Source: Azolla caroliniana (Eukaryota; Plantae; Polypodiophyta). From it: a stretch of DNA of 64,000 bases. Of the stretch, positions 1 to 12,649 are shown piece after piece. Positions within the stretch are counted from its first letter, which is position 1, and each line of letters begins with the position of its first letter. The notes under the pieces are model-generated. The model saw only the letters and a list, made by a program, of their open reading frames with translations, was not told the DNA's origin and did no database searches. The stretch lies in assembly GCA_043228905.1 (NCBI GenBank), contig JBHGNT010000016.1:8432001-8496000 (forward strand). Reading direction: 5' to 3'. A program made the translations under genes and the position numbers.

Positions 1-703
1 TATCCACGCATCGACTAAAGTCACGCCATTCTACGCTTATACAGGATATCATCCCCGGTGGTGTGTCCTTGAAACCCCAGAAGTGTCCACAAATCCTTGC
101 GCGGAGGATCGTTTGGAGCGGTTACGCAAGATACAAGCGGATTTATCTACTCAACTCCAGCAAGCTCAACAATCACACAAGGACTACGCAGATCGTCATC
201 GACTTCCATCCAGTTTTAACATTGGAGATCGGGTGTGGCTGCTACGACGACACATCAAGACTACTCGCCCATGTGAGAAGTTGGATTATCGGCGATTAGG
301 TCCTTTCCGTATTATCGGGAAGATTAATGATGTCGCTTTTCGTCTCGAGCTACCTCCGCAACTTCGGATACATCCGGTGTTTCATAGTTCTCTCCTCGAA
401 CCCTATCACGAGAGCACTATCCCAGGACGTACTATACAACCACCACCTCCTATCGAGCTCGAAGATGGACCTGAGTATGAGGTCGCTGCCATCCTCGATT
501 CCAAGATTGTTCGCAACAAGCTCTACTATCTAGTCGATTGGCTAGGATATAGTCCCAGCGAGCGTACTTGGGAACCGATCGAGAATGTGACCAATGCTCG
601 TGCTCTTCTAGAAGACTTCCATCGACAATATCCCGAGAAACCGGGTCCTCAATCCAAAACGACTTGTGGAACTCGTCGTTTTAAAGGGGGGATAGTGTCA
701 TAA
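1..703 (+). mobile_element. Gypsy chromovirus pol 3' end: integrase C-terminus (GPF/GPY module) plus chromodomain
   Basis: ORF 83..703 has KLDYRRLGPFRI...IHPVFHSSLLEPY, then YEVAAILDSK...YYLVDWLGYSPSERTWEP (chromodomain). A PPT (aaagggggga) precedes the LTR. Confidence 0.95.
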
Positions 704-985
704 CTAGACTCGAACCCATAACCTTTTGTTACACGGGTCGAGACTTTACCATTAGGTTATGAATTGTAATTTGAAGGATATTATTTTCATTTAGGTTTTA
801 TTGGGAAATTGATGTATATTCCAGATTTCTCTGGAACATTCTAGAAACTTCAGGAGTATTCCTGAAGACACTATAAAAGGAGGCGCAAGGCATTAGTTCG
901 AACCAAATCGGTTCAATGCCAGTCTTAAGCCTTCTAACTACTGTTGTATATCTTCCTTCATATAATACATATACCTTTCGCATCA

Positions 986-1037
<52 letters not shown>

Positions 1038-1060
1038 ATTCCTTCTCTCAAAGTTCGACA
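696..1060 (+). mobile_element. 3' LTR of the chromovirus
   Basis: Starts TGTCA right after the PPT, has a TATA (ctataaaagg) and a (CT)n tract, and ends ...gttcgaCA. Similar to the LTRs at ~11010-11290 and 14511-14735 (reverse). The 3' end is approximate. Confidence 0.75.
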
Positions 1061-1159
1061 CCTCTCATAGTACTAATCCTTCTCTGTCTTAGTACTATTC
1101 CCCGACAATAGTACTAATCCTTCTTTTAGTACTAATTCCTTCTCTGCCTTAATAGAGTT

Positions 1160-1700
1160 CCTGACACAAACAAGGTTGTAGGCACCTCGAAGATCTAACT
1201 TCATGAAATACTTTGCTCCACTGAGGCGTTCTAGAAGGCTTGAGATCAATGGTAGAACATATTGGTTTCTAATAGTCCCTTTATTCAAGCCCCGATAATC
1301 CATGACCATACGAAGCGTACCATCTTTCTTCTTAACGAAAAAGATGGGTGCACCAGTAGGAGATCTTGAATGTTGGGTAAAACCATTTGCCAGGTTCTCA
1401 TCGATATATTCTTGAAGAACCTCTAACTCCGTGGGCAAAAGGTTATAAATTGGCCCCCATGGAGGCTCTTTTCTTGGCTTCAAATCAATCGGGAAATCAT
1501 ATGGTCGATGTTCTGGTAATCTATTAGCCTTCACCTTATCGAACACATCGGAGAATTCTATGTACTTCTTTGGTAATTGGACCCCCAATTCTTGTGAGCT
1601 AGATGAGGGAGTTTCTAAAACCGCAAACACTAGCATGTCTTCCTTCCTTCCATCCTCTCATAACTGATGTATAGAGATTGTTGAAATCTTGTGGGATCTT
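1160..1700 (-). mobile_element. Gypsy chromovirus RT N-terminal fragment
   Basis: ORF 1073..1636: LPEHRPYDFPIDL...[24 protein letters not shown]...[11 protein letters not shown], truncated. Confidence 0.9.
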
Positions 1701-1999
1701 AGATCTGTTAGAAAATGGAGTTTGTGATGATTGCAATGCAGCAGAAGGTGAACGTAGATGTGTGTATGTGTAACAACAAAGAGAGAGATAGAGATAGAGA
1801 GCTCAAGAGACAGAGATAGACAAAGCGTATATTATATTAACGAAATAAAATACATCCAACATTAACTAAGTTACAATGAGTTGGTTTATATACCAACTAA
1901 GCTAGGGCAAGCACCCTTTCTACTATTTACAAAACTAGCCTGGAATGTCCATGAGCTAGAGTGAAACCTATCTATGGGAAGTTGAGTTCGATTCTCAAC

Positions 2000-2615
2000 A
2001 CGCCCCTTCGAACACAACTTCCATCTGTCGGAAAGTTGTTCGGTTCGTACTTCGACTTGTCTAGTCAACTGTGTTGCGTATTGCGTAGCCTATCTGTGCT
2101 GCATCTGCATACTCCCCCTCAAGCTCGGTAGTGTGGATGATGTGATACCAAGATCCGATGCAAATTGCCCGAGCTTGTCGATGCTTAAGGCCTTTCTAAA
2201 GATGTTAGCAACTTGTAGGTGCGTGCTGATGTGTTGGAGGTCAATTTCTCCGGCCTGAACGCGCTCGTGGATGAAGTGGTAGTGCACTTCGATGTGTTTA
2301 GTCTGCGCGTGAAATACAAGGTTACACGCGAGGTAGATACTACTCATGTTGTCACAGTACAAGCATATTGGATCTTTGATGGGTATGCCCAGATCTTTTA
2401 TTATACGCTTAAGCCATACAGCTTCACATGCGGCGACTGTCGCGCCCCTGTATTCGACTTCTGTGCTCGATAGTGCGATTGTCGGTTGTTTGTTGCTGCT
2501 CTAGGAGATTGCTCCCCTGCCGAGGGAGAAGACGAATCCGGATGTGGATTGTCTATCTGCGTTTGTGTACCCTGTTGGGGACAAGGCCGTCGGTGCAAAA
2601 GTGCAAGCAATATTC
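2000..2615 (-). mobile_element. Copia RNase H fragment (decayed), next to an LTR-like segment at ~1724-1999
   Basis: YCDNMSSIYLA..VFHAQTKHIEVHYHFIHE and GYTNADRQSTSGFVFSLGRGAIS, typical Copia RNase H motifs, frameshifted. Confidence 0.85.
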
Positions 2616-2879
2616 GTGATGAAGAAGAACCTGTGTATGCGCGAGTAAGATAGACACAGAGGGAGAGAGACAGAGAGAGAGAGGTACAAAATGAACGTTA
2701 TATTGCAATAGCAATAGTTACAAATGACAACCAACAACCCTCACTAAAGGTTACAAAGTCACTTTATATAGTGACTATCCTAGGGCAACTGCCCTTTATG
2801 CTATTTACAGAAATAGCTCGAACTTAGGTTGTCCAAAGGGACAATGTGAATACGGCCATTATACACTCGTATTCGACAC

Positions 2880-3345
2880 TCCCCTGTAATGGGCGTATAC
2901 ATGGGTTATCTTAAAGGATTACATGTATATATACAAGTTTATCGGACAGATCGGTTTTGTCAGAGTCGGCAAGATCCGAAGACAAAAGACCGAACCGGTC
3001 GGGTCAGAAGAGCTGAAGCCGATCCTCAGAGAACCGGTGTCGGTGGTCCGAAACCGTCCTGTGTTTGTGTGTCCGATTTTTCGTTACGTCCATCTGGTGC
3101 CGAAGGGACCGGAAACGATCCGCCAAAAGACACTTGGTCATTCCATCTGCAACATTATCAGTTGTGGATATCTTCTCTAGATCGATTTTCCCTGAAATAA
3201 CGCAGTCCCGAACGAAGTGATATCCAACGTCGATATGCTTAGAGGCGTTGTGGTGAACCGGATTTTTTGACAAAGCAACAACACCCTGACTATCGCTGTA
3301 GACAACTAGAGCCGAGTCGGAGTCGACCTGTCGAAACGTTGAAAA
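2880..3345 (-). mobile_element. Second Copia RNase H fragment, with PPT and LTR-like segment (~2617-2878)
   Basis: ORF 3004..3348: VYSDSQGVVALSKNPVHHNASKHIDVGYHFVRD..NVADGMTK. Confidence 0.85.
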
Positions 3346-3837
3346 CATTGAATCAGATAATCGGTAAAACCTGAAGGCGAAGTTTCCTTACAAAAATTAA
3401 TCGAGATATCAACATACATATATGTATTTCTTCAGGTTTCTACAGAAAGGTAGGCTATATCAAAGAAAAAGAAGCAACTTGGTTGGAGTAATATGAGCGA
3501 TTGAATGTTTCGATGGTTTTCTCACTACGGGATATTTAGGAATTTTAAGAGTTTCCGGAATATGGGGCTTTTAGGGTTGTGAGGGCCTTCCTTATTACAG
3601 ACTTTTTTATGTATTGAATGCGGCCTACATTGATTTTCTGCATATAGGATTCTAAGTTTTTGGTTGTTCCGAATATGGATTTATAGAGATTTCAAGGTTT
3701 TCTTTATAGATATTTCTAGGGATTCAAGGCGTCAATGTTCAGGGTACAGATTTGATGCTTTTCTCATACGAGAATTTCTAGGAATTTTCGTACTTTTTTA
3801 TGAGTTTTTTGAAATAGAGAACTCTAGGATGTATGGT

Positions 3838-4190
3838 ATGAATGGTGGTATTGATCTAGATAATGCCCTTTCAAAGAAAACCATAGTATTCAGTTTGAAG
3901 TTATGGATTTTGATCTGCATTGGAATAGGAGTTATTTTCATCTTGATTTTGTGTTTCTTCACATCATGAGTGGCCTCAAAGAAGAATAAGAAGAGCAAGT
4001 CTTTGATAAGAAGAACAATTTGTGTGGACTATTCTAGTGGAGAGACAATTCTATGGGATAAAGTGAGAAGAGAAACAAAAAATATGTTCGTTCTCGGATG
4101 TCTCATCCAATCTTAGAATACAAGAATGTTAACTTCCATCTTAGTAGTTCAAATAGAAAGCAACTAAACACCATGGGTTGGTGTCACTGT
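3838..4190 (+). pseudogene. Fragment of an RLCK-V-type receptor-like kinase N-terminus (TM region)
   Basis: LDNALSKKTIVFSLKLWILICIGIGVIFILILCFFTS*VASKKNKK resembles the LSKKTxxFGLKLW + TM + basic stop-transfer N-terminus of plant RLCK-V kinases. There is an in-frame stop and no kinase domain follows. Confidence 0.6.
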
Positions 4191-5529
4191 GGGGCTGTTG
4201 AGTCATTACTTTTCTGAAATATGAATGTGAATAAGTCACTTTGTTCTGTGACTTATATTCAAAATCAGAAACTTATGAGCAAATACGTAAGTTAGATAGT
4301 TGGATTATATCCATTACGAGGCTAAATTTCACATAGCGTAATCTTTGGCATATTCTATTTCTTATGAACAATTTCCCACTGTTAAATCGAATGGAAAAAG
4401 AAAAAACTACCCTTATATAACTTTTTTTGGAAAGATTGAGAATCCATTAGATAGGAGTATATAGTTACAACCTCGGAGGTGGATAAATAAATAAAAACAT
4501 CTATTACCTATGAGAGTAGTTCACAATGGTAGTTCACCCATGCGCTCACACCTTCGAGCTTAGATGGGATCTGGACCACGTCACTACAAAATTAGTGGGG
4601 ATTGATGATCAATCCAACCACTGTGTAAGAAAGTGGATAATATTCTATGTTTTGTCTGAGTATAACATTAAACTTATCCTCCAGCCTATAGATTTCTAAA
4701 CATATAATAGTCTCATTCAAACTTAGTGGCATATGCCAAACTTTAATTACAAGCCAAGGTTAATAAATGAATTTTGTATGAAGGATCATATAATGGATGA
4801 CTAGGCACATACATGTTTCACAATTGCTTTAACACACAATCAATTTTCAATCAGCCCTTCAGCTCTCAGCCGGCTCCAATGTTGTGGACTCCACTTGAGT
4901 GGACAAGCCCCAACAATTCTCAACATGTAGAAAATGTCACTTAGGTTTGTGTCTGTTTATGAACCAGAATTGTTTCAGATTTATCCAGATCTGTGTATTC
5001 TAGGCTCATCCTATACTAACCTGTATTATATTATAGGTGATTGGTCCTTGCTTGGGCACTGGTGATGTATGTTGATGAGCTTGACTTCTAACTTAGGCAC
5101 ATGAAAAAGGTTAAAACTGCCCATGTTTATGGGTTAAAGTTTTTCTCTTTTGTGTTATAAGTTCACTGTATTACACATCATAATATATCCAGAATATGAA
5201 ACGTAACTTTCTTGTCTACAGTCGTTTGAAGTGCTTATTGTATGTTGTTACTTCATTTGCAATAGTCCATGTTCAATGTCCGTAAATTGCAAGACCTTTC
5301 CTATTAATCAATTGTTTCTAGGAGTTTCAGCCGTAATCTGAATTTTTAGTAGAGGGCAGGATTTGCATAGTTACCATACAATTCTCTTTATCAGAGTGCA
5401 CAAGACATTAGCTATGTTTCATCGTGCAGTGGAGATTTGTGCTAGTATGCAACCTTCAACTGCATCGCATGCACGAATGCGGTATAAAATCTCTAGTTGA
5501 AACTTATGGTACATTGATATATTTGTGAT

Positions 5530-5814
5530 GGTAGAACTTCTCAAATCCTTTGGAAAACTTGACCTTGATAAAGATAAGAAATCTATCATTGACCAAATAA
5601 AAGGTATACTTGATGGTGACTGCACCCTCTGTTAATATCTAAAGTTTAAAAAGACATGTTTTTTAAATTTGAATTGTTTCCTGATGCACATTCCAGATGG
5701 AGTAGATGAACGAAAATTAACAGTAGAATTGTGTAAAGCTTATCTCCGTGAAAATGGGCTTCGACTTACTGGAACAAAAATTGTTCTCTTAGAACAGATT
5801 AAAGAGCACATTCA
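5530..5814 (+). pseudogene. Two-exon fragment encoding a SAP domain
   Basis: Exon 5697-5814 (cag|...|gt) reads DGVDERKLTVELCKAYLRENGLRLTGTKIVLLEQIKEHI, a SAP motif. An upstream exon ending ...IIDQIK G|gtatac is in matching phase. Confidence 0.65.
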
Positions 5815-6237
5815 GTGGGTATATTGTTATTTTGTCTCATTTTTGTAGTGGGATCGTTGATGACCTCCATTATTTTAACTCTTGTTTATAAACAAGCAGA
5901 AATAAGCATTCTATGGTGAAGCATTTGTTTTCGCTTTAATGTCATTACATGTCATGATTTAAAAAATAGTAAATACTTACATACTATATGCAATGTATTA
6001 TTGTGCTCCTTCCTTAAATTAAAACATAATGTGGAGGGCATAAAAGGAACCCATTGTTAATGGTTCTCGTCGCTTTTATCTCTTTTAAATATGAATCCAA
6101 GTAGTTAATAATACATGACTTCAAACTTGTTCACATTACCACATGTTTGGATTTGGGTCAAACAAAATGTTTATAGGCATGGAATGCAATGCTATATACC
6201 TTCAACGCTTGAGGTAGCATTCGGTTTTTTGGATAAA

Positions 6238-6330
6238 GATTATGTGGAACAAGAGGACGTTGAAGAAGTGCTGAATTGGTTCATAACTATGATATGAGAG
6301 GGCTTGTTTCCGAATAGAGCTACTTTTGTT
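6238..6330 (+). pseudogene. Single degenerate PPR motif fragment
   Basis: DYVEQEDVEEVLNWFITMI*EGLFPNRATFV matches the PLS-type PPR pattern GYxxxxxxEEALxxFxxMxxEGxxPxxxTF, with an internal stop. Confidence 0.55.
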
Positions 6331-7293
6331 GTTGTCTATGGATATGGATACCTTGCAATGTGTCTATGGAATAGCTTGTAAGTACTAGATCGTTTTCTCT
6401 ACTTTGGAGTACATAGATTTGTTTCCTCGGCCATTGTCTTAAAGAAGACGGGCTTGGGGAAAAAACCCTTTGTATGTTGTAGCTATTGTGACCTTTTTAT
6501 ATAACTAATGGAATGATATTTTGTTTTGAAAAAAACATGTTTGCATGTGACTGGCTTTCGAATGTACACTCATTATGTGAGCAAATGTGTATAATTATAC
6601 AAAGTAGAGGTTGAAAAACTCCAATTCGACAATGGTAGTTCGAATCACACACTTTTCCATGATTCAAAAGATTGAGATAGGAAGCATCCAAGCACTTCAT
6701 GTTCTTCATAAATATTTGAGTTGCTAACATGGATTCCATCGTTTTCAAATAGTGGAACATTTTAGTTATTGTATTCTAGATCGAACATGGGACTATATAA
6801 TGACTTTTCGATATTGTTTGCGTTCCTTAATTATTGTGGATTCAACCATGTCGAATACATGACATCCACAAACACAATTATGAAGGTGTTATTGACAATC
6901 ACAAGAATCTTGTTTTAAAATAACATTTCACAATTTGAAATTTGCATAGCTTACATATGTGCCCCTATTGCTCCTCCTCACCCACCTTCGTAACGCAAAT
7001 GAGAGATGTAAAATCACCAACAAACAAAAAACAAAACTTTTCACATCTTCACCCTCAGAGGTCTACTGGAGTAATGTCCATGCTATTGCATCTTACACAA
7101 ACACATACTCTTGGTGTTTATGCTTTTTTATCTCAATCTTACCACGTTTGTTGTGAAGTAGTGTGGCAGCGGTGTAAAAGCTACGTGAATAAGGGCCAAG
7201 TAAGAGTGTGCAAATGTGGAATAGAAGAGGGTGAAAAGAGGAGAAAGAGTGTATGGACAATGAAAATGGAAGAGGGGGTGTGAAAGGGGAAAA

Positions 7294-7355
<62 letters not shown>

Positions 7356-9704
7356 GTGTGTGTGAGGACAAGATTCAAGAGTAAAAAACAATTAGCTTGA
7401 TTCGAGGGGCCTTTATTCCCCTCTTATAAGCATTCAATGTAAATGGCGCCCTCCTTGACGAGCCGAAATCTCAATGAGCAAAACTGACCTGGCCAAAATC
7501 AAGCGCACTAGGTGGCCGTAAAGTGTAAACAACCTTACCCCCTTTGACTCCTTAGTTCAAGATCCCCGTGGTCCCGTTCGGTCTACTCGCACGTGCGAAA
7601 TCAATGCGATAGCGTAAAGGCTCCTACAATTACTCAAAACTATGGGCTCTAACCTTTAGTACACACATATGATATTGGATATTTATGTACTCTTCGATAT
7701 CATCCTTTGAGTGTTGTAGCACATCAACACTTTACTCTTTCACCCTCGTCACACTCAACTCTGTGTACATCTCGTACAATAACATTGAGTTCCTTGTCCA
7801 TGCAAACAAACACCCATAAACACATCCATGGATATATAGGTTAATAAATGTATCATATCAAGACGTTCACAATGTACTTTACTACATTTTACCTTGAATT
7901 GCATTTGATCTTAGGAATATAATAATCTCTAGTCTCTAACTCTATGGTGTCATATGTGGAGCGTATTTAGGGGTCATGGAAAGAAAGCACACTTGTCGAA
8001 GCTTGCAATCTCAGTTAAATCCACACCAACATTTGGCAACATACGAACATGTTTATCTCACAAACATACTAACGAAATCAATGATACCTGGATTAATTGA
8101 GTAGCCTAAGGTTTCGATCTTTGTCAAAGAACAATCTTGTTGTTACTTAGTGATTTGAGCATGAAGGTGTCATTGACACCCTTTCTATACATCAGACACA
8201 AACTTGGTTTGCACTATTGGTAATGACTTTCACACTATTAACATAATCTCATCATTGTCAATACCATCGATAACAATTAATATTTTTGCATTTAGGTTCC
8301 CTTTTATAGTTGGGTCCTGGGATTACAAGAAAGATCCAATCTTATTTTTTAGGTGAAAAAGAATAAGAAGAAATAAGCGAATTCATACTAAAAATTATTG
8401 AGGTTATGGTTGAACATGAAGAGAACAAACCTCATCCTTGTTCTACACTTAAGTTTCTCAAATTAATAAGCTTGCCTACTAATTGTTGGGTGAAAAGAAC
8501 ATTCCATTTTTTTTGGACATAGTGTTTCCTTACATATACCTTGCTACATTACTTTCTTGGGGTCATCATTTTGTAGAGGTGTAGAGAGTATCAAAAGGGT
8601 GGCATGTTCTTGAGGATGAGGCCATTCACATCGTTATCAAACAATGTCATCAACTTGGAGAACAACAATCAATACTCTTTTCAATGTTTTGCCATGTCCA
8701 TCGCAATTTAGGCAGGAGGATCTCACGTATAGTGGGAGCCTTAAAATGTTGCACACGTATCATCCGTGAGTAAGTGGATGGCTCTATGTTTGCGTCGTGT
8801 AGGTGAGGAGGCTTGGGACCGATATGGATGGAGGGGATGGTTTGTGCCGACATGCTATTCAATAAAGTGGTGTAGAGGGCACAACTCCAAGAGACCCAAC
8901 CTCATCACCTACAAGAGACCCTACCTCCTCCATACATGATACATCCTCTCTCATATGAGGAGGCAAGAGACTCAGTCACTCATTATATAGGGAGGGGGTG
9001 TCTCACTTGTGTGTGTGCATGCATGCATGCATGCATGTATGTATTTATTACACATTACACATTACACATTACACACACACCTATAAAGCCATGACAAAAA
9101 GACAAGGTATTATTATATGTACTGTATTGTTGGCCATATCCACTCAAGTGGAACCCACAACACAGAGCCAAAGGGCTGATTGAGAATCGGTTGCATGTCA
9201 GTAGTCGGTTGCGCATACAACTGATTGGGAGTCAGTTGGGCGCTGAATTGGCTTAGGGCCAAAAAGGGGAAAAGTTATAATTATGTATGCTTATACTTAG
9301 ATATACATATATATAGATACGTGTCTGTCTGTATACCCTTTTTCTTTTGTATGTTTTTTGGTGTCTGTCTTTTGTGTATGTGTGTGTGAACACAGGTACA
9401 TAGACGTTGGACAACAAGGAGGAAAACATAAAAAGGAGAAGGGGGAAACAGAGCGCGATCAAATTTTTCTGCGTACACAAAGCAAAAACGAAAAACAGAG
9501 TGAAAATCAGAAAATAGAGAAGAAAACAAAAAACAAAAGAGGGAGAACAAGACGAGGAGCGTTCTACTGAAGTGGAGATAGAGACTTGTTGTCAGGAATA
9601 GTACTAAAACAGAGAGAGAATGAGTACTAGAGAAGGGAAGTACTATTAGTACTAAGAGGACAGGACTACGTAAGACTCCTGAGAGGGAGGAAAGAGAAGA
9701 GAAG

Positions 9705-10980
9705 AGATAGATAGATAGATTATATTATCGTCTTCGGAGGTCAAATATGACCTATGAGACCAAAAATATTACATTTCACGTGATACGTGTGAAAGTGAGT
9801 AGTGACTCTCGATGTTCAAGAACTTTACCAATGAATGTTGTAATCGAGAGTGCACATTGTGGTTGTGAGAGGAATTCATGCAAAGATTGGGATCGATCGA
9901 AGAGATGTGGAAAGCATGGTCGAATATGATCAAAGGCAGAGCATTGTATCAAAGTGTGATACTCAGACTCGCGAACTTGTTTAGGGCAAAGTGTGCATAG
10001 CCAACCACTCTCATCACTTGTACCCCAACGCCCTGTTTCAAATCGCAATGCATGTGAGCTAAGTCGCAGGAAGCGATGGTTCGAATAGAAGATAACGGTA
10101 TGGGCTCTAGCATGTATGGATGTGTACGATTTCCCCGTTCCGCAAAGAATATGGTTTTGTAGTTAGGTGCAACATGTGTAGTATAATGTGTGAAGCGTGA
10201 GCCTCCACATTTGTCCCATGTCATGATACATTGGCGTTGCAAAAATGCCTCATTTACAAAGGAATCTAATGATGCATCATGAAGCAAGTGTCTCGCATCC
10301 CATCTACCAAACCATTTTTCTATATCTTGCATCCAACCGGAACACAAAAGTTTGCTTTTATGCGTCTTTTGGATCTTTTTGCTTGCTTCCCACGCAATTC
10401 TAGGAAGTCGATGTGAGGGACTTTTTTGAACCTTAAGCATGTATTCAACAACCCTTTTCATGGCCATGATCTCAATGGGAAGCAATCCCGTCTCAAGGAG
10501 GAGGAGGGTGTAGGGCGTTTGTTTCTTAACTTGTAGAAACTTGGTAAGAAAATGCTTTTGGACATTTTCAAACTCTTTCCACATAGATTTAGGGATGCTA
10601 CCGCCCCATACTTCCACCCCATAGAGAAGAATCGGTGTCACCAAAGTGTCGAAAAGATATTTCTTGAGGACCCAACACTTAATATCTCCAAGATTGCATG
10701 TGTTCTCAAATGCATAGTATGCTCGTTTGCCCGCCTCTAAGCAGCGTGTAGCACATTCATTCCATCTATGATTTGAAGGAACTTCAAGGCCAAGATATTT
10801 GAAGCTTTCCACACATTCAAGTGGCTCATTGTTGTACATAATGCATGGTTTATCTCTTTTTTGGCTCTTCACAAGCATAATCTTTGTTTTAGAGCTATTG
10901 ACACTTAATTTAGTATGCATGCAAAATTTTTCCAATGCCTTCATAAGCTTTTGTGCATCTCCTAAAGTATTTGCTAAAGA
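9705..10980 (-). mobile_element. 5'-truncated non-LTR retrotransposon (RTE-like LINE), RT C-terminus plus Cys/His motif, inserted in the LTR microsatellite
   Basis: ORF 9949..10944: VNSSKTKIM..VESFKYLG..ILLYGVEVWG, then CTLCP..ESEYHTLIQC. It has a 3' (ATCT)n tail. Confidence 0.85.
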
Positions 10981-11588
10981 GAGATAGAGAGAGATGATTA
11001 TAACAGATGATATATCATAGGAAGAGTAAGTACAAGATGGCTATGAGGCTTAAGACTGACGTTGAACCAATTTGGTTCAAAATAATGCCTAGTGCCTTCT
11101 TTTATAGTGTTCTCAGGAGTAATCCTGAAGCTTCTAGAATGTTCCAGAGAAATTTGGAATATACATTAATTTCCTATAATAAGACTTAAATGAAAATAAT
11201 ATCCTACGTATTACAATAGATGGTATAATGGTCAAGAGCTCGACCTATATAACATAAGGTCATGGGTTCGAGTCTTGCCATATCATGACACTATTTCCCC
11301 CTTAAGACGACGAGTGGAACGAGTCGGCGCTGATTGCGGACCAGGTTTGTCCGGATACTTTCGATGGAACTCAGCAAGAAGATCCAGAGCATTGGCGACA
11401 TGCTCGACGAGTTCCCAAGTACGTTCGCTCGGACTATAGCCGAGCCAATCGACCAAATAATAAAGGTTGTTGCAAACAAGTTTGGAATCGAGGACGGCAG
11501 CAACTTCATACTCTAGGCCAGCTTCCAACTCAAGCGGGGGCAGTGGTGGTGTAACACGATCGGGAATAGTGTTTGCTTTATAAGGTTC

Positions 11589-12112
11589 AAGAAGAGAGCT
11601 ATGGAAAACCGGATGTATCTGAAGATGCGGAGGGAGATCAAGGCGGAACGTGACATCATTAACCTTACTAGTAATACGGAAAGGACCGAGTCGTTGATAA
11701 TCCAACTTGTTGCATGGTCGAGTAGTCTTGATGTGACGACGTAAGAGCCATACTCGATCTCCGATGGCAAAAGAGGAGGCTGTTGGGAATATGTCCCTCT
11801 AGTGGGAGGATGATCCGACTATTCGGAAAGCCGATAGTCGAAGAATCGGAAAAGAAGAGAGCTATGGAAAATCGGATGTATCTGAAGATGCGGAGGGAGA
11901 TCAAGGCGGAACGTGACATCATTAACCTTACTAGTAATACGGAAAGGACCGAGTCGTCGATAATCCAACTTGTCGCACGGTCGAGTAGTCTTGATGTGAC
12001 GACGTAAGAGCCATACTCGATCTCCGATGGCAAAAGAGGAGGGTGTGGGAATATGTCCCTCCAGTGGGAGGATGATCCGACTATTCGGAAAGCCGACAGT
12101 CGAAGAATCGAA
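11589..12112. repeat. ~263-bp tandem duplication (integrase segment plus start of the adjacent solo LTR)
   Basis: aagaagagagctatggaaaa... recurs at 11589 and 11852. Confidence 0.85.
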
Positions 12113-12649
12113 AAACAGGAGCTGAGTTGATGAGGGACTCGGCCGAGGCCGATAGGCCTCAGCTGAAACTGGAATCGTGTAAATAGCCAACTCGGGAGAC
12201 TATATTTGTAAATAGTCTAAATGTGCGCCCCATGAGGGCTACGTATGTAAAGAGCCAGAAAAGTTGCGTAAGTATATATGTAACTAGGGCAAACTTTAGC
12301 TATGTGTAACTGAGTACAGAAGTTGTAGTGCGCGGCATAGTGTGAGAGGGACAGAGTGAGAGAGTGAGAGAGAAGAAGCGTGAGTCGTGCCATAGCTGTG
12401 TTTGTAACAGCAGGCGCGAAGAGCCCTGTGCGGCTGATGCACTCGTGAGAGAGTGTTGTAATCTTCTCGCTATTGTATATCCACTATTTGAATAGTGAAG
12501 AATCTATTCCCGTGGTTTTCCCTGTTTTAGGGTTTCCACGTAAATCTCTGTGCACCATTGTTTATCTTGTCTATTCTATTGTTCATGTGTAATTCGTATT
12601 TCAGTGTTGTCTGTCTATTGAGATTGAATTCCGCAATGATTTCTCAACA
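12044..12649 (+). mobile_element. Solo LTR (Copia-like), 5-bp TSD GAGGG
   Basis: TG...CA ends flanked by gaggg at 12039-12043 and 12650-12654. Contains the cccgtggttttccc...gggtttccacg motif also seen in the Copia LTR at ~15372. Confidence 0.85.

Noticed and set aside
7093-7391. ORFs rich in SL/RE dipeptides here and at 33295-34002
   Set aside because: They are translations of (GA)n/(CT)n microsatellites or antisense shadows of the MBD exon.
6400-8870. Possible decayed transposase remnants on the minus strand (also ~22320-22990)
   Set aside because: The sequence looks coding-like, but I found no motif I can assign with confidence.
11221-11280. Functional tRNA genes at the A/B-box modules
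   Set aside because: Acceptor and anticodon stems do not pair convincingly, and all copies sit at fixed positions in LTRs. Reported as tRNA-like modules instead.
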